Shown here piece after piece: positions 1 to 9,505 of a DNA stretch of 28,526 nucleotides. The DNA is taken from contig CAWEXY010000004.1 in NCBI GenBank assembly GCA_963813135.1, forward strand, positions 1-28,526, in the 5' to 3' direction. This DNA is from an uncultured Verrucomicrobiae bacterium (GTDB lineage: Bacteria; Chlamydiota; Chlamydiia; Chlamydiales; Rhabdochlamydiaceae). Numbering within the stretch: the stretch's first letter is position 1; each line of letters starts with the position of its first letter. The translations under genes were made by a program, and so were the position numbers. Below the pieces are notes generated by a model. The model saw only the letters and a program-made list of their open reading frames with translations. It was not told where the DNA came from and ran no database searches.

Positions 1-2
1 TT

Positions 3-430
3 TGTCATCGTATTGCTGTCGGTGATCTGCACCAAATTATCGAAATGGACAAAGAAACATATCCTGGAAGCGAAGGAAGCACAGGTATTGGCCATGGTGG
101 TGATCTGGCTGAAATGAGAACCATAGATAGCTACAATTTAACAAATGTATCCTTTGTAAAAATTGATGTGGAAAGGTCAGAAGGCAAGTTTTAGATGGAA
201 TGGTCAACACTATTATAAAAAATAAACCTGTAATTGTTATTGAATTACAGGGAGGCTATCATTGGGAAACCGCGCTTCCTGACGTCAAACAAAAAATGAT
301 CAATTCCGTGGAAAAACTTAAAAGATTGGGATATGTGATGACCCGCATTTATATTCATGATTATTTAGCAGTGCCAATGCATTTGATGGGTGAAAATTTT
401 GATGTAGATCAACATTTTAAGCTATTGTAG
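3..430 (+). pseudogene. FkbM-family methyltransferase, 3' part, frameshifted near 183-185 (5' end outside window; may be a sequencing error)
   Basis: Frame 3 from position 3 reads ...MRTIDSYNLTNVSFVKIDVERSEGKF* (stop 192-194). Frame 2 from 185 reads QVLDGMVNTIIKNKPVIVIE... to the stop at 430. Joined, these give the FkbM motif KIDVExxExxVLxG...KPVIxIE. Confidence 0.8.
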
Positions 431-431
431 A

Positions 432-1229
432 TCAATTTGGCCATTTGAACCATATGTCTTGACACTCATAAGAATCTCCTTGGGAATCAATGCCTTTCTG
501 AAGTTCAGTCTTTTTATGGACCAAAAAACCATAAGAGGCAATAAGGTCAAACAACTTAGATGGCGTCATTGCATTATGCTTCAGCCAACCCGAGTTAAAC
601 TCGCAAAAGATATTCTTGATTAAGCCTCGTTGCACTAGCTCTCGCATGCCTCTTATCACGTTGGGTTCAAAGCCCTCAACATCTATCTTGATGAGTTTAA
701 TCTGCTGACCATCTGCGAAAGGTTCGTAACGATCTAGCGAGATCAACGGTACTTGAATAGGGACTAAATTGGGGTCTGAAAACAAGACGCTAGGCGAATG
801 GACAGAATTGTTCTGAGGCATATAAATTTGCACATGCCCGACAGCGTCGCCCACAGCAGCACGCACCAAGGTTATGTTTTTCAGCTGATTCTCTGCGATG
901 GTTTTCTCAATAACATCAGCTGCTACAGGGCTCGGTTCAAAAGCAAACACCTCTCCGGAACCCCCTACAATATTGGTAGCAAGAGCCGTGTACCAACCAA
1001 AATTTGCACCGATATCGACGAAGCGGTCTCCTGGCGAGAGACATTCCAAAGCCCAGGCGGTCTGCTCCGGCTCGTAAATACCTCGTGCCATAAAACTTTG
1101 AATTCCTTCGCTTTCGTCGAGCCGCATCAATAGAGAATGAACTCTTGCCGGGTGTGGAGAAGCAGGCGCGACGGATCGTTTTTTTGTCAGCCATTTGTAT
1201 ACGGGCATTAAAAATTTTGCACCAAGCAT
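432..1229 (-). CDS. FkbM-family SAM-dependent methyltransferase
   Basis: Motifs YEP, FVDIGANFGWY, VFAFEP and IKIDVEGFEPNVIRG. Start moved from 1313 to the ATG at 1229 (or 1232), which follows an SD-like GAGAGG. Confidence 0.92.
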   Translation of the reverse strand: MLGAKFLMPVYKWLTKKRSVAPASPHPARVHSLLMRLDESEGIQSFMARGIYEPEQTAWALECLSPGDRFVDIGANFGWYTALATNIVGGSGEVFAFEPSPVAADVIEKTIAENQLKNITLVRAAVGDAVGHVQIYMPQNNSVHSPSVLFSDPNLVPIQVPLISLDRYEPFADGQQIKLIKIDVEGFEPNVIRGMRELVQRGLIKNIFCEFNSGWLKHNAMTPSKLFDLIASYGFLVHKKTELQKGIDSQGDSYECQDIWFKWPN

Positions 1230-1475
1230 CATAACCTCTCTTTTAAAAGGGAAGTATACTTTTCTAACCTCAAAATACAAAGGAAAAATGCCACTAGCCG
1301 CAACATCACCCATTACTGCAAATCAAAATACGATTAGCCTGCATCAAACAACGACTAGTAGCGTAATAAAGCATTCCGCAAAAAATTCTAGCTCAGGAAA
1401 ATCCTGAAAAGGTATGCTTCTAGTACGTTGCCGCAATAAACCTACGGCGTGCTCAATAGGAAGAAAAAGCAGAAT

Positions 1476-2690
1476 ATGAAGTTGACAGAAAGACAAACTT
1501 GTAGAATATCTCAAGACGCTCTTGTAGATGTTTTTGACCTTGGGAAGCTCCCCATTTCCTGTTTTCCCCTTTCCTCTGATCCAGAACCGGACACCCATCC
1601 TACAATACTTTCCCTATCCGAAAAATCAGGTCTCGTCCAACTCAAACATACCGTTGATCCCGATGAGATGTACAGCCAATATTGGTACATGTCCGGGGTA
1701 AACTTATCGATGAAACAAGCTCTCAAATCCATCGCGGAAGAAGCTATCAAACGAACTGGGTTCCCCCTTGCAAACGGCGATATCGTTGTAGACATAGCCT
1801 CCAACGATGGCACTTTGCTTAGCTTTTATCCTAAAGAGTTGTTTCGCGTAGGAATCGATCCAGCTAAGAACATTAAGCCCCAGAACTGCGATTTGCATAT
1901 CAATACCTACTTCAGCGCCAGCGCCTATGCTTCTCATTTGAAAGATAAAAAAGCCAAAATCGTCACCAGCATAGCCATGTTTTATGATCTTGAAGATCCG
2001 ATCCAATTTGCTAAAGATGTTAGCGCAATATTAGACGAAAATGGTCTGTGGATCATCGAACTGAGCTATTTGCCGACCATGCTAGAGCAAAACTCCTTTG
2101 ATACGATCTGCGCTGAGCATTTGGAATACTATTCTCTGACCTCCATCGAATATATTTTGGCAAGAGCCGGAATGGAAGCCGAGGATGTAGAATTGAACGA
2201 TATCAATGGCGGAAGCTTTAGGCTATATATCCGCCACAAAGGCAAAGCGAAAGAAACAGATGCTTTAAGAGCCCTTCGCGATCGTGAAAAGCACTATGAT
2301 CTTGCAAATCCCTCTGTTTATTTTGCTTTTGCATCTCGCGTAGAGAAAAACAAACAAGAGATGCTTTCTTTTCTTGCCGAACAAAAGAAATTAGGAAAAA
2401 AGGTTATCGGGTATGGGGCTTCTACAAAGGGCAATACCATTCTCGCCTATTACGGGATAGGGCCTGATTTAGTGCCATTCGTGGCCGACCGGAATCCCAT
2501 TAAATGGGGAAGGCAAACTGTCACCAGGATACCCATTATTTCAGAAAATGATGCGCGGGCGATGAATCCCGACTATTTTTTAGCATTTCCTTATCACTTT
2601 ATGAAAGAGTTTCTTACGAGAGAAACAGAGTTTCTTGCAAAGGGAGGAAAATTTGTTTCGCCCATTCCTAAACTGAGCATCATTAGTTAG
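1476..2690 (+). CDS. NDP-sugar C-methyltransferase (TcaB9/TylC3/NovU-like, class I SAM)
   Basis: Motifs CRIS...DLGKLP, GLVQL, YWYMSG, DIASNDGTLL, AMFYDL, FDTICAEH, NGGS, GYGASTKGNT and DRNPIKWG. Likely start is the ATG at 1476 (MKLTERQTC). Confidence 0.9.
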   Translation: MKLTERQTCRISQDALVDVFDLGKLPISCFPLSSDPEPDTHPTILSLSEKSGLVQLKHTVDPDEMYSQYWYMSGVNLSMKQALKSIAEEAIKRTGFPLANGDIVVDIASNDGTLLSFYPKELFRVGIDPAKNIKPQNCDLHINTYFSASAYASHLKDKKAKIVTSIAMFYDLEDPIQFAKDVSAILDENGLWIIELSYLPTMLEQNSFDTICAEHLEYYSLTSIEYILARAGMEAEDVELNDINGGSFRLYIRHKGKAKETDALRALRDREKHYDLANPSVYFAFASRVEKNKQEMLSFLAEQKKLGKKVIGYGASTKGNTILAYYGIGPDLVPFVADRNPIKWGRQTVTRIPIISENDARAMNPDYFLAFPYHFMKEFLTRETEFLAKGGKFVSPIPKLSIIS

Positions 2691-3997
2691 GTTGAGATCT
2701 TTTGTTTTACTTTCCTCAATAAGGATTGAATAGGACTCGGCATCCTCTGGAATATCGCTTTGATGAATGATCGATTCGCCATTTTTGCAGACAAATCAGC
2801 TAAAACCATTCCCTTCGCCGCGCGCGACCACGACAAGTCAATCGGGCTACACTCTTTCATAGATTCATAAATGGTCATATACATTTGCCGTAACTGCACT
2901 TCCGAAAATAAATCTGCTCTTTTACGCAGGTTGGCGATTTTGGCTTTATCAAAGTTGAGTATTTTGTCTCTTGTCTCGTAATAATTCCCGATGTCAAAAG
3001 CTTCAAAACAATTAGGGAAATAAATATCATATTCACGGCAATTATAGGTATTACTTTTAAGAGTCGCGCAAGACAATTCAAGAGCGTTAGAAAATGTGGC
3101 CGAGCCGCTCTGACCCACTTCAAATGAGGATAGCAAAACAAAATCGACGTTTGCGAGATCTTCATAGTATTTGGCATCATCGCGCTTCCCCGTAAACACG
3201 ACCCGATCAGCAACCCCGGGATGTGCATCTAGATAGGTCATCATCTCTTGAATAACAGGATCCACTTGCCTCTCTTTGATGCTCATGTGATGCGCTTCGC
3301 CGATGATCAATAATTTATAATTTGCGGGAAGAAGCTTTAATGTGCGCAGGGCGTGAAGATAATTTTTATGCTCGCTTAATAAACCAAATACCCCAATTGT
3401 TACATCTTCTTCTTTGAGGCCAAACTGCTGTTTCCACACATTTGGATTATGAGTCTGTAGAAAATGCCTTCTTCTTTCATTGGTCAAGTATATAAGCGGA
3501 AAGTCTGAAACATTAGTGATTTCAAAGTGTTCTTGGATAAGTTTATTTTCGTGAGGCAAATGCGTAATGACATGAAACGGATTGCTGGAGGGACGTTGTT
3601 TGAGCGCCTGCATTATTTGCCAGTATACAGGAGCATGTCCGCCATTTTGTTTATAGTCGATCGTGTGGACCGTAAAAATTAATCGCCCTGCTGCTTGGCA
3701 TATCTTTAAGATCCGAGAAGTGATCAGATTTGTCTCTGTTCCAAAAATCCCTAATTCGAGATGAACATTCACAACATCGAAGTCTTGGAGCTTCATGCAA
3801 AGCTGATCGATATGAGCTTCGCTGATCTTCTCATAATTTTTGCCTTCTTGTCGTAAAAGTTCGCTGGTTTTTAAATCGATGATTTCGACATCGAAAGCGG
3901 GGCTAAGAAAATCCTTTAAAGCTTCAGCATAATAGGCGAGCGCGCAACAAATTTTATGTGAAGAGACGATAGCTAAGCGAGGTTTGGCTGCCTTCAT
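2687..3997 (-). CDS. GT-B fold (GT4-like) glycosyltransferase
   Basis: Motifs FTVHT, IGVFGLLSEHKNY, LLIIGEAH and DFVLLSSFEVGQSGSA...ALE. Paralog of 3997..5271; 1-nt overlap with the upstream stop. Confidence 0.8.
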   Translation of the reverse strand: MKAAKPRLAIVSSHKICCALAYYAEALKDFLSPAFDVEIIDLKTSELLRQEGKNYEKISEAHIDQLCMKLQDFDVVNVHLELGIFGTETNLITSRILKICQAAGRLIFTVHTIDYKQNGGHAPVYWQIMQALKQRPSSNPFHVITHLPHENKLIQEHFEITNVSDFPLIYLTNERRRHFLQTHNPNVWKQQFGLKEEDVTIGVFGLLSEHKNYLHALRTLKLLPANYKLLIIGEAHHMSIKERQVDPVIQEMMTYLDAHPGVADRVVFTGKRDDAKYYEDLANVDFVLLSSFEVGQSGSATFSNALELSCATLKSNTYNCREYDIYFPNCFEAFDIGNYYETRDKILNFDKAKIANLRKRADLFSEVQLRQMYMTIYESMKECSPIDLSWSRAAKGMVLADLSAKMANRSFIKAIFQRMPSPIQSLLRKVKQKIST

Positions 3998-5271
3998 TAC
4001 ACCGCTCCTTTTAGTCCTGCCGCTCCATCGGGAACATGAACGGAAGTTTTAATGGGAACCTCGGCGGTCAGTGATATGAGTTTCTTGTATAATTCTACAC
4101 TTGTGCGAATATTATATTTATTATGATAAGCCTTTAAATTTTCGCTAAAATCAGCTTGGTGATAGCTGAGAATAGCGTTTGCCAGCTCTAGATAATTACC
4201 GATGCTAAACATCTTGAAGGCATTCACAGCATATTTTTCGAGCTCAAAGAAAGCATTATTTTGTGAAAAGATCGATTTAGCGCCTGCCTCTAATGATAGT
4301 GCCGCGACAGCTGAACCGCCTTGCTTTACTTCCAAATACGGCAATACGTTAAAATCGCAGCCCAGCATTGATAGTAAAAAATCTTCATCATTCATTAACC
4401 TATGAAATTTGATTCTTTTTGTTAGGCCTAATTTTTCGATGAGCTTCAATAATGATAAAATATATCCATCGATGGGAAGGCTGTGTTGAATGGTATGGGG
4501 GTGCTGCGCTCCCATGATTAACAGCTCATAATTATGGGGCAAATATTGCATAGCTTGAATAATCGCCTCATACCCTTTATACCCTCCAATAAAACCGAAG
4601 ATGCCAATGTATGTCTTGCTTTCATCCAGCGACAGTCGGCTTATAAGTTTTTTTCTCGGATCGTCACGTTTCAGCGATTCAATGTAAGCTTGATCATAAT
4701 AACAGATCGGATGATCAAAAACATTGAAATAGCTGAATTTTATATTAATAAGCTCACGATCTCGCTTAGTATGAACTAAAATGGGAATATTGCGTTTTTT
4801 GCAATAGTTAATCACAGAATCATACAATGGCACATATCGATTATTTCCATAAACGACACGGATAGCATGGACCAACCGGCCGATTTTCCGCTCAGATAAA
4901 TCTTTTAACCAAGTGCTAAAAAGGGGATATTTATCATGTGCTTGATAGCGGTGCATCGTAAGCATAACTCTTTTGCATGATTTGATAATCGTAAAGAATC
5001 TTTTCTTCATCGATTTAAGATCTGCGCCAAACAAACCTGCTTCAAACTGAATATTCACACAATCAAATTTGCTGAGCTCCTCGCAAATCTCTTTGATATG
5101 CATCCTTGCTACTTTTGAATCTCCTCTTCTTAACAAATCGACATTGAGAGAGACAACGGTCACGTCATAATGCAAAGAAAGGCCGTCTGCTAATGCTTTT
5201 GTGTAGCTGGCGTTTCCACATAGTTCATTGTAGCTGCTTAGAATTGCTAGTTTTTCTTTTGCCATTTTCAC
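3997..5271 (-). CDS. GT-B fold (GT4-like) glycosyltransferase
   Basis: Motifs CGNASYT, LTMH, IGIFGFIGGYKGYE, IMGAQHP and LPYLEVKQGGSA. GTG start overlaps the upstream TGA; an alternative ATG lies at 5265. Confidence 0.82.
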   Translation of the reverse strand: MKMAKEKLAILSSYNELCGNASYTKALADGLSLHYDVTVVSLNVDLLRRGDSKVARMHIKEICEELSKFDCVNIQFEAGLFGADLKSMKKRFFTIIKSCKRVMLTMHRYQAHDKYPLFSTWLKDLSERKIGRLVHAIRVVYGNNRYVPLYDSVINYCKKRNIPILVHTKRDRELINIKFSYFNVFDHPICYYDQAYIESLKRDDPRKKLISRLSLDESKTYIGIFGFIGGYKGYEAIIQAMQYLPHNYELLIMGAQHPHTIQHSLPIDGYILSLLKLIEKLGLTKRIKFHRLMNDEDFLLSMLGCDFNVLPYLEVKQGGSAVAALSLEAGAKSIFSQNNAFFELEKYAVNAFKMFSIGNYLELANAILSYHQADFSENLKAYHNKYNIRTSVELYKKLISLTAEVPIKTSVHVPDGAAGLKGAV

Positions 5272-6209
5272 TTCCTTACGAGATTTTCTTCATATTTGGA
5301 AACAAACCAGTCATATGTTTCTTTTAAGCCTTCTTTGAGGTCATAGAAAGGCTGAAATCCTAACAACTTTAGTTTTGTGATGTCGAGTTCGTGATAGATG
5401 CGTCCATTTGGTTTGGTGGGATCCCATTTAACTTGGCCTTGCATGTCAAAATAATCCGCGAGGACATCGACTATCTCTCTAATCAGGGTTTTGGCGCCCG
5501 AGGCCACATTAATCGTCCCTGAAAACCTATTCATGAGTAAAACAAGCGCTCGCGCCATATCTTTGCAGTAGAGAAAGTCTCTAGCCGCTGTCCCGTCTCC
5601 CCAGATCACGACCGGCACGCCGTTTTTTTTTGCTTCATAAAACTTGCGGACAAGCGAAGGTATGACATGCCCCCCTTCTATATCAAATCGATCGTTAGGG
5701 CCATACAAATTTGTCGAAACCACATAGGCAAAATCGATGCCGTAATTTTCTTGATAGGCAAGAAGCTGGGCCAACATAGCTCTTTTAGCATGGGCGTAGC
5801 TGCTCTCCGATGCATGGGGAGGGCCTTCCCATATTTGATCTTCCTTCACCGGAACTGTTTTGGGCTCAGGATAAGCCGCCACGGTCCCCATCGCAACGAT
5901 TTTCTTGACTTGGGCGGCGCGGCTAGCTTCTATGACATGCGTGTTGATCAAAATATTGTCCAAAAAAACAGAACCGCGGTTTTTTAAATTGCCGCCAATG
6001 CCGTAGACCGCGGCAGCGGCATGGAACACCGTATGAGGCTGAACGGACGAGAAAAACGATTTTACAGCTTCAAAATTACGAAGATCACAGGCTTCTCTTG
6101 TACAGGAGACAATCTGGGTGTATCCTTCCCGCTTCAATTCTTCGATGAGAGCTGTCCCAACGAGGCCCTGCGCTCCAGTGACGAGAATTGTTTTATTTTT
6201 ATCTTCCAT
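5268..6209 (-). CDS. fcl: GDP-L-fucose synthase-like NDP-4-keto-sugar reductase (extended SDR); catalytic Cys position is Ala
   Basis: Motifs GAQGLVG, HAAAAVYGIGGN, YAHAK (YxxxK), NLYGPNDRF, HVIPSL and WGDGTAARDFLY. Start taken at the ATG at 6209 (MEDKNKTILVTG). Confidence 0.8.
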   Translation of the reverse strand: MEDKNKTILVTGAQGLVGTALIEELKREGYTQIVSCTREACDLRNFEAVKSFFSSVQPHTVFHAAAAVYGIGGNLKNRGSVFLDNILINTHVIEASRAAQVKKIVAMGTVAAYPEPKTVPVKEDQIWEGPPHASESSYAHAKRAMLAQLLAYQENYGIDFAYVVSTNLYGPNDRFDIEGGHVIPSLVRKFYEAKKNGVPVVIWGDGTAARDFLYCKDMARALVLLMNRFSGTINVASGAKTLIREIVDVLADYFDMQGQVKWDPTKPNGRIYHELDITKLKLLGFQPFYDLKEGLKETYDWFVSKYEENLVRK

Positions 6210-6936
6210 ACTGCTTAAAAGCTTCCTCTGCTTCCCCAAAAAATTTGATCTCGCCCTGCTGCAAGATGAGCGCTTTATTACAAAATTCACGGATTAATTG
6301 GTGATCGTGGGTCGAAAGGACCAAAATATCGGATTGATGGATCAAACTCTTCATACGGCTTTTGGCTTTTTCCATAAACTTCGCATCTCCAACATTGACG
6401 ACCTCATCCACTAATAAAATTTCTGAGCGCACGGTCGTGATAATACCAAAAGCCAACCGTAAAAGCATTCCCGCAGAGTAGCTTTTCAAAGGAAGCCTCA
6501 TAAATTCGCCGATTTCAGCAAATTTTTCTATCTCGGGAATGAGTTTTTGCATCTCTAGCTTTGAATACCCTAAAATCAAGCCTCGAAGGATGATATTCTC
6601 ATATCCCGTCAAATCCATGTCAAGGCCAACCATGATGTCAAAAAGGCAATTAGCCTGCCCTTCGATTTTTATACGGCCGCTCGTTGGTTCGTATATTTTC
6701 GCCAGGACCTTCAGCAAAGATGTCTTGCCTGCTCCATTGTGTCCGATCAGCCCCAGGCGATCCCCCTTGACCAGCTGAAACGAAATTTTCTTGAGCGCCT
6801 CGACTTGGAGCGTGCGTTTTTCTTTGTTAAGCCTGCCTCCTGTGGCAAAATTGAGGACGCTTGTTTTCAAAGAGCGGGAATGCGTCCCATACACAGGATA
6901 TTCTAAATAAACGTCTTCTAATTCGATATTGGCCAT
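6199..6936 (-). CDS. wzt: Polysaccharide ABC exporter ATPase Wzt (short form, no C-terminal carbohydrate-binding module)
   Basis: Walker A GHNGAGKT, signature YSAGMLLRLAF, Walker B ILLVDE and H-loop STHD; 245 aa; adjacent to wzm. Confidence 0.95.
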   Translation of the reverse strand: MANIELEDVYLEYPVYGTHSRSLKTSVLNFATGGRLNKEKRTLQVEALKKISFQLVKGDRLGLIGHNGAGKTSLLKVLAKIYEPTSGRIKIEGQANCLFDIMVGLDMDLTGYENIILRGLILGYSKLEMQKLIPEIEKFAEIGEFMRLPLKSYSAGMLLRLAFGIITTVRSEILLVDEVVNVGDAKFMEKAKSRMKSLIHQSDILVLSTHDHQLIREFCNKALILQQGEIKFFGEAEEAFKQYGR

Positions 6937-6939
6937 GCT

Positions 6940-7731
6940 TTAGTCTACCCAAAATGGTATGCGAGTTCTGGCTGTGCTAAAAACACCAATTGCAATCGAT
7001 AATCCCGCTATTGCGATAAAGATATTGACCACCCATATCTCAGACGCGGGCGCAAACCCTAAAAGAGGCTGCCGAACAATATCGATAAAATAAGCAAAAG
7101 GGTTCAACTTGACCACAATAGAATTTTCCCCCAATAGCTTGGGCATCCAAGAGACCGGGGTGATAAAAAACAAAATTTGCATGCAGCTATTCACGATGGG
7201 CACCATATCGCGAAAACGTGTACTCATCAAGGCTGTAAAAAGGCAAATCCAATACATGTTGACCGCCAGCAAAAGAAAGCCGGGAATCGCTAAAAGCACA
7301 TTCCAACCGGGATTAATCTGAAAAAACCAAACAATCAACAAATAAACAACCAAGTTATGCAACAAAACAACAAAGTTTTTTGTCAAAAATTTAAGTGTAT
7401 AAATATTATATGGCAGCTTTACTTGCTTTATAAATCCAGAGTGCATGCGAAACAGATCTGTCGACTCCATCACACTGGTGGAGATAAACGACCAAAGCAA
7501 AAAGCCTGCGGTAAAAAAGGGGATATATTCATTCAAATTTTGGGAAAATAAACGGCTATAAATTTTACCCATGGCAGCGATGAATATGAGCATGCTGATC
7601 GAGATCCACCAAGGGCCGAGCACCGAACGGCGGTACCGCTGCTTCACTTCCATGAGCCCTAAATGGAGCCAAACTCGATATTGACGAAAAGCGGTGGCGA
7701 TGTCTTCTAGAGCAAGAATCAAACGTTTCAT
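6940..7731 (-). CDS. wzm: Polysaccharide ABC exporter permease Wzm
   Basis: Motifs RYRRSVLGPWW, RFRD, FFITPVSW and LNPF...DIVRQPLLG; about six hydrophobic helices. Confidence 0.95.
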   Translation of the reverse strand: MKRLILALEDIATAFRQYRVWLHLGLMEVKQRYRRSVLGPWWISISMLIFIAAMGKIYSRLFSQNLNEYIPFFTAGFLLWSFISTSVMESTDLFRMHSGFIKQVKLPYNIYTLKFLTKNFVVLLHNLVVYLLIVWFFQINPGWNVLLAIPGFLLLAVNMYWICLFTALMSTRFRDMVPIVNSCMQILFFITPVSWMPKLLGENSIVVKLNPFAYFIDIVRQPLLGFAPASEIWVVNIFIAIAGLSIAIGVFSTARTRIPFWVD

Positions 7732-7835
7732 AATTTATTACAAATAGTGTACAGTGTTTGACAACCGCTGACAACGAGCAAATTTTAGATGATACAGACT
7801 AAAAGAGCAAGTTCCATTACACTTAAGTCCTGCCG

Positions 7836-9017
7836 ATGAAAATTTTACGATGGCTATTTAATTTATTCACATCTCATTCCCCAGACTGTAAACCCCCGAT
7901 TTCCTCTCAAAAAGAAAACCTCTTGAAAGTCCTTCATGTCTGCTATCATGACGGTTGCGTCAACGAGCTTCAAGCAATTGCTGATGCCCTATCATGGAAC
8001 CTTACCTCCTGGAACATTCATAAGCTTCCACCCTATTTCTACGACTATGCCGTCAAAAAAGGGAATATTTTATATAACCTAGGCTACGATCGAGCCAACC
8101 GCATTTGGGAAAAACACAAACAGTTTTTTGATCAATTTGATGTCATTATTACTTCGGATATCACTGCCGTTGCCCGAATTTTTCTTCAGAACGGTTGGAC
8201 GAAACCGATCATCTTATGGATCCATAGCCGTTTTGATTTTTCATACCATGGAGAAACCGATTGTGATTTCCCTGATAAAAAGTATTATGATCTTATGAGA
8301 GAGGCACGACATAGAAAAAACGTTTTCTTTGTACCATCTACTCCTTTCGAAATTTATTATGGAAACCAGAAAAATGTCGATTTGAACGGTTCGATAATTG
8401 CTGCCTGCGCATACTATCTTTATAACCTTAAAAATAATTGGCCTAAAAATCATGTTAAAAACAAGCAGCTCTTTATCCATGAAAGAACTGAAAACGTTCA
8501 AGCGCTTCACATCCGTTCTTTTCGAGTATCTAAATTTTTGCAGAAGATGGGCATTCCAGCCACCTGTTATCGCTATAAAACTTTAGAAGAACTTCAAGCA
8601 TTTAAGGGAGTTCTCTACTTGCCTTACCAATGGTACATTATCTCATTTTTTGAGGTCCTGCGTTTAGGTATTCCCATTTTTGTTCCTTCTGAATCTTTTT
8701 TACTGCATTTATTAAAGACCACCAATTATTTCTTTGAAAGAAGAGAGGACGCTATTGATAAACAGATGCTCCCTATCTCTGAATGGTATGCTCCAGCTGT
8801 GAGAGATATTGTGATCTATTTCGATTCTTGGGAAGATCTCAAAAACAAGGTGGAAAATCTTGATATCCAAGCAGTCCGACAAAAAAGTGTTGCCTATGCC
8901 CTTAAACACCAAGAAGAAATGCTGAAAAGATGGAAAGCTGTATTTGAAGAGGTCTGCAAGCTTTTGCCAGAAAAAGTGGTTAATGTCGAACTAACCAACC
9001 TGGAGACTTCCTCATGA
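7836..9017 (+). CDS. Hypothetical protein, probable GT-B-like glycosyltransferase; paralog of 14774..15955
   Basis: 393-aa ORF sharing the motifs FDQFDVII, KPII...SRFD, KGVLYLPYQ...SFFE...GIPIFVP and YFDSWEDL with 14774..15955. The function is inferred. Confidence 0.6.
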   Translation: MKILRWLFNLFTSHSPDCKPPISSQKENLLKVLHVCYHDGCVNELQAIADALSWNLTSWNIHKLPPYFYDYAVKKGNILYNLGYDRANRIWEKHKQFFDQFDVIITSDITAVARIFLQNGWTKPIILWIHSRFDFSYHGETDCDFPDKKYYDLMREARHRKNVFFVPSTPFEIYYGNQKNVDLNGSIIAACAYYLYNLKNNWPKNHVKNKQLFIHERTENVQALHIRSFRVSKFLQKMGIPATCYRYKTLEELQAFKGVLYLPYQWYIISFFEVLRLGIPIFVPSESFLLHLLKTTNYFFERREDAIDKQMLPISEWYAPAVRDIVIYFDSWEDLKNKVENLDIQAVRQKSVAYALKHQEEMLKRWKAVFEEVCKLLPEKVVNVELTNLETSS

Positions 9018-9347
9018 AATTAAACTCCACAAGCTGGCTAAAAGATATCGTGTACAGATTGTTTCTTGATATGCGGAAACCTTTCATGGCCCTCCATATG
9101 GTTAGAGCGTAGGGAATGAGAAACCAACAGGCGACATCTACTGCGTACGGTATTGAGAAAAGATCCTATTTTTGTTGACATCGGAGCAAATATCGGGGTT
9201 CATGCTTTATTGACTGCTGCATTGGTAGGGGCAAACGGAAAGATTTTTGCAGTAGAGCCACATCCTGACGTAAGAAAGCTCCTCCTACTCTATCCAAGTT
9301 GCTTCTCGGAAAGCTCGACTATGGGTAAAAGGAACCTCTGGAGGTAA
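9014..9347 (+). pseudogene. Degraded FkbM-family methyltransferase
   Basis: ATG at 9014 overlaps the upstream TGA and reads MKLN...MALHM. After a frameshift at about 9101 it reads LERRE*ET (TGA 9117-9119, probably formerly Trp), then IFVDIGANIGVHAL...FAVEPHP. No KIDVEG half was found. Confidence 0.8.
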
Positions 9348-9505
9348 TCTTTTTAGATTTTGATAAACGAAAAGCCCATTGGTACGTTATCTAAGAAGAC
9401 AAGATCCTTCGAAGATTTAAGACATTGGCCAGCTCGCGCCTCGCCAAAAATGACTAGCCAACAACCATATCTTTGAGTAAGTTTGAGCAATTTGGAGTAT
9501 TTTCT

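Noticed and set aside
5623..5631. T9 tract in the fcl-like gene as a phase-variation site
   Set aside because: Currently in frame (Ala-Lys-Lys-Asn codons); such runs are common in AT-rich genes and there is no evidence of variation.
6210..6290. N-terminal extension of the fcl-like ORF
   Set aside because: Lies inside wzt; the Rossmann motif begins just after the ATG at 6209.
7758..7795. TTGACA in the wzm/7836 divergent region
   Set aside because: No convincing -10 element at 16-18 bp spacing.
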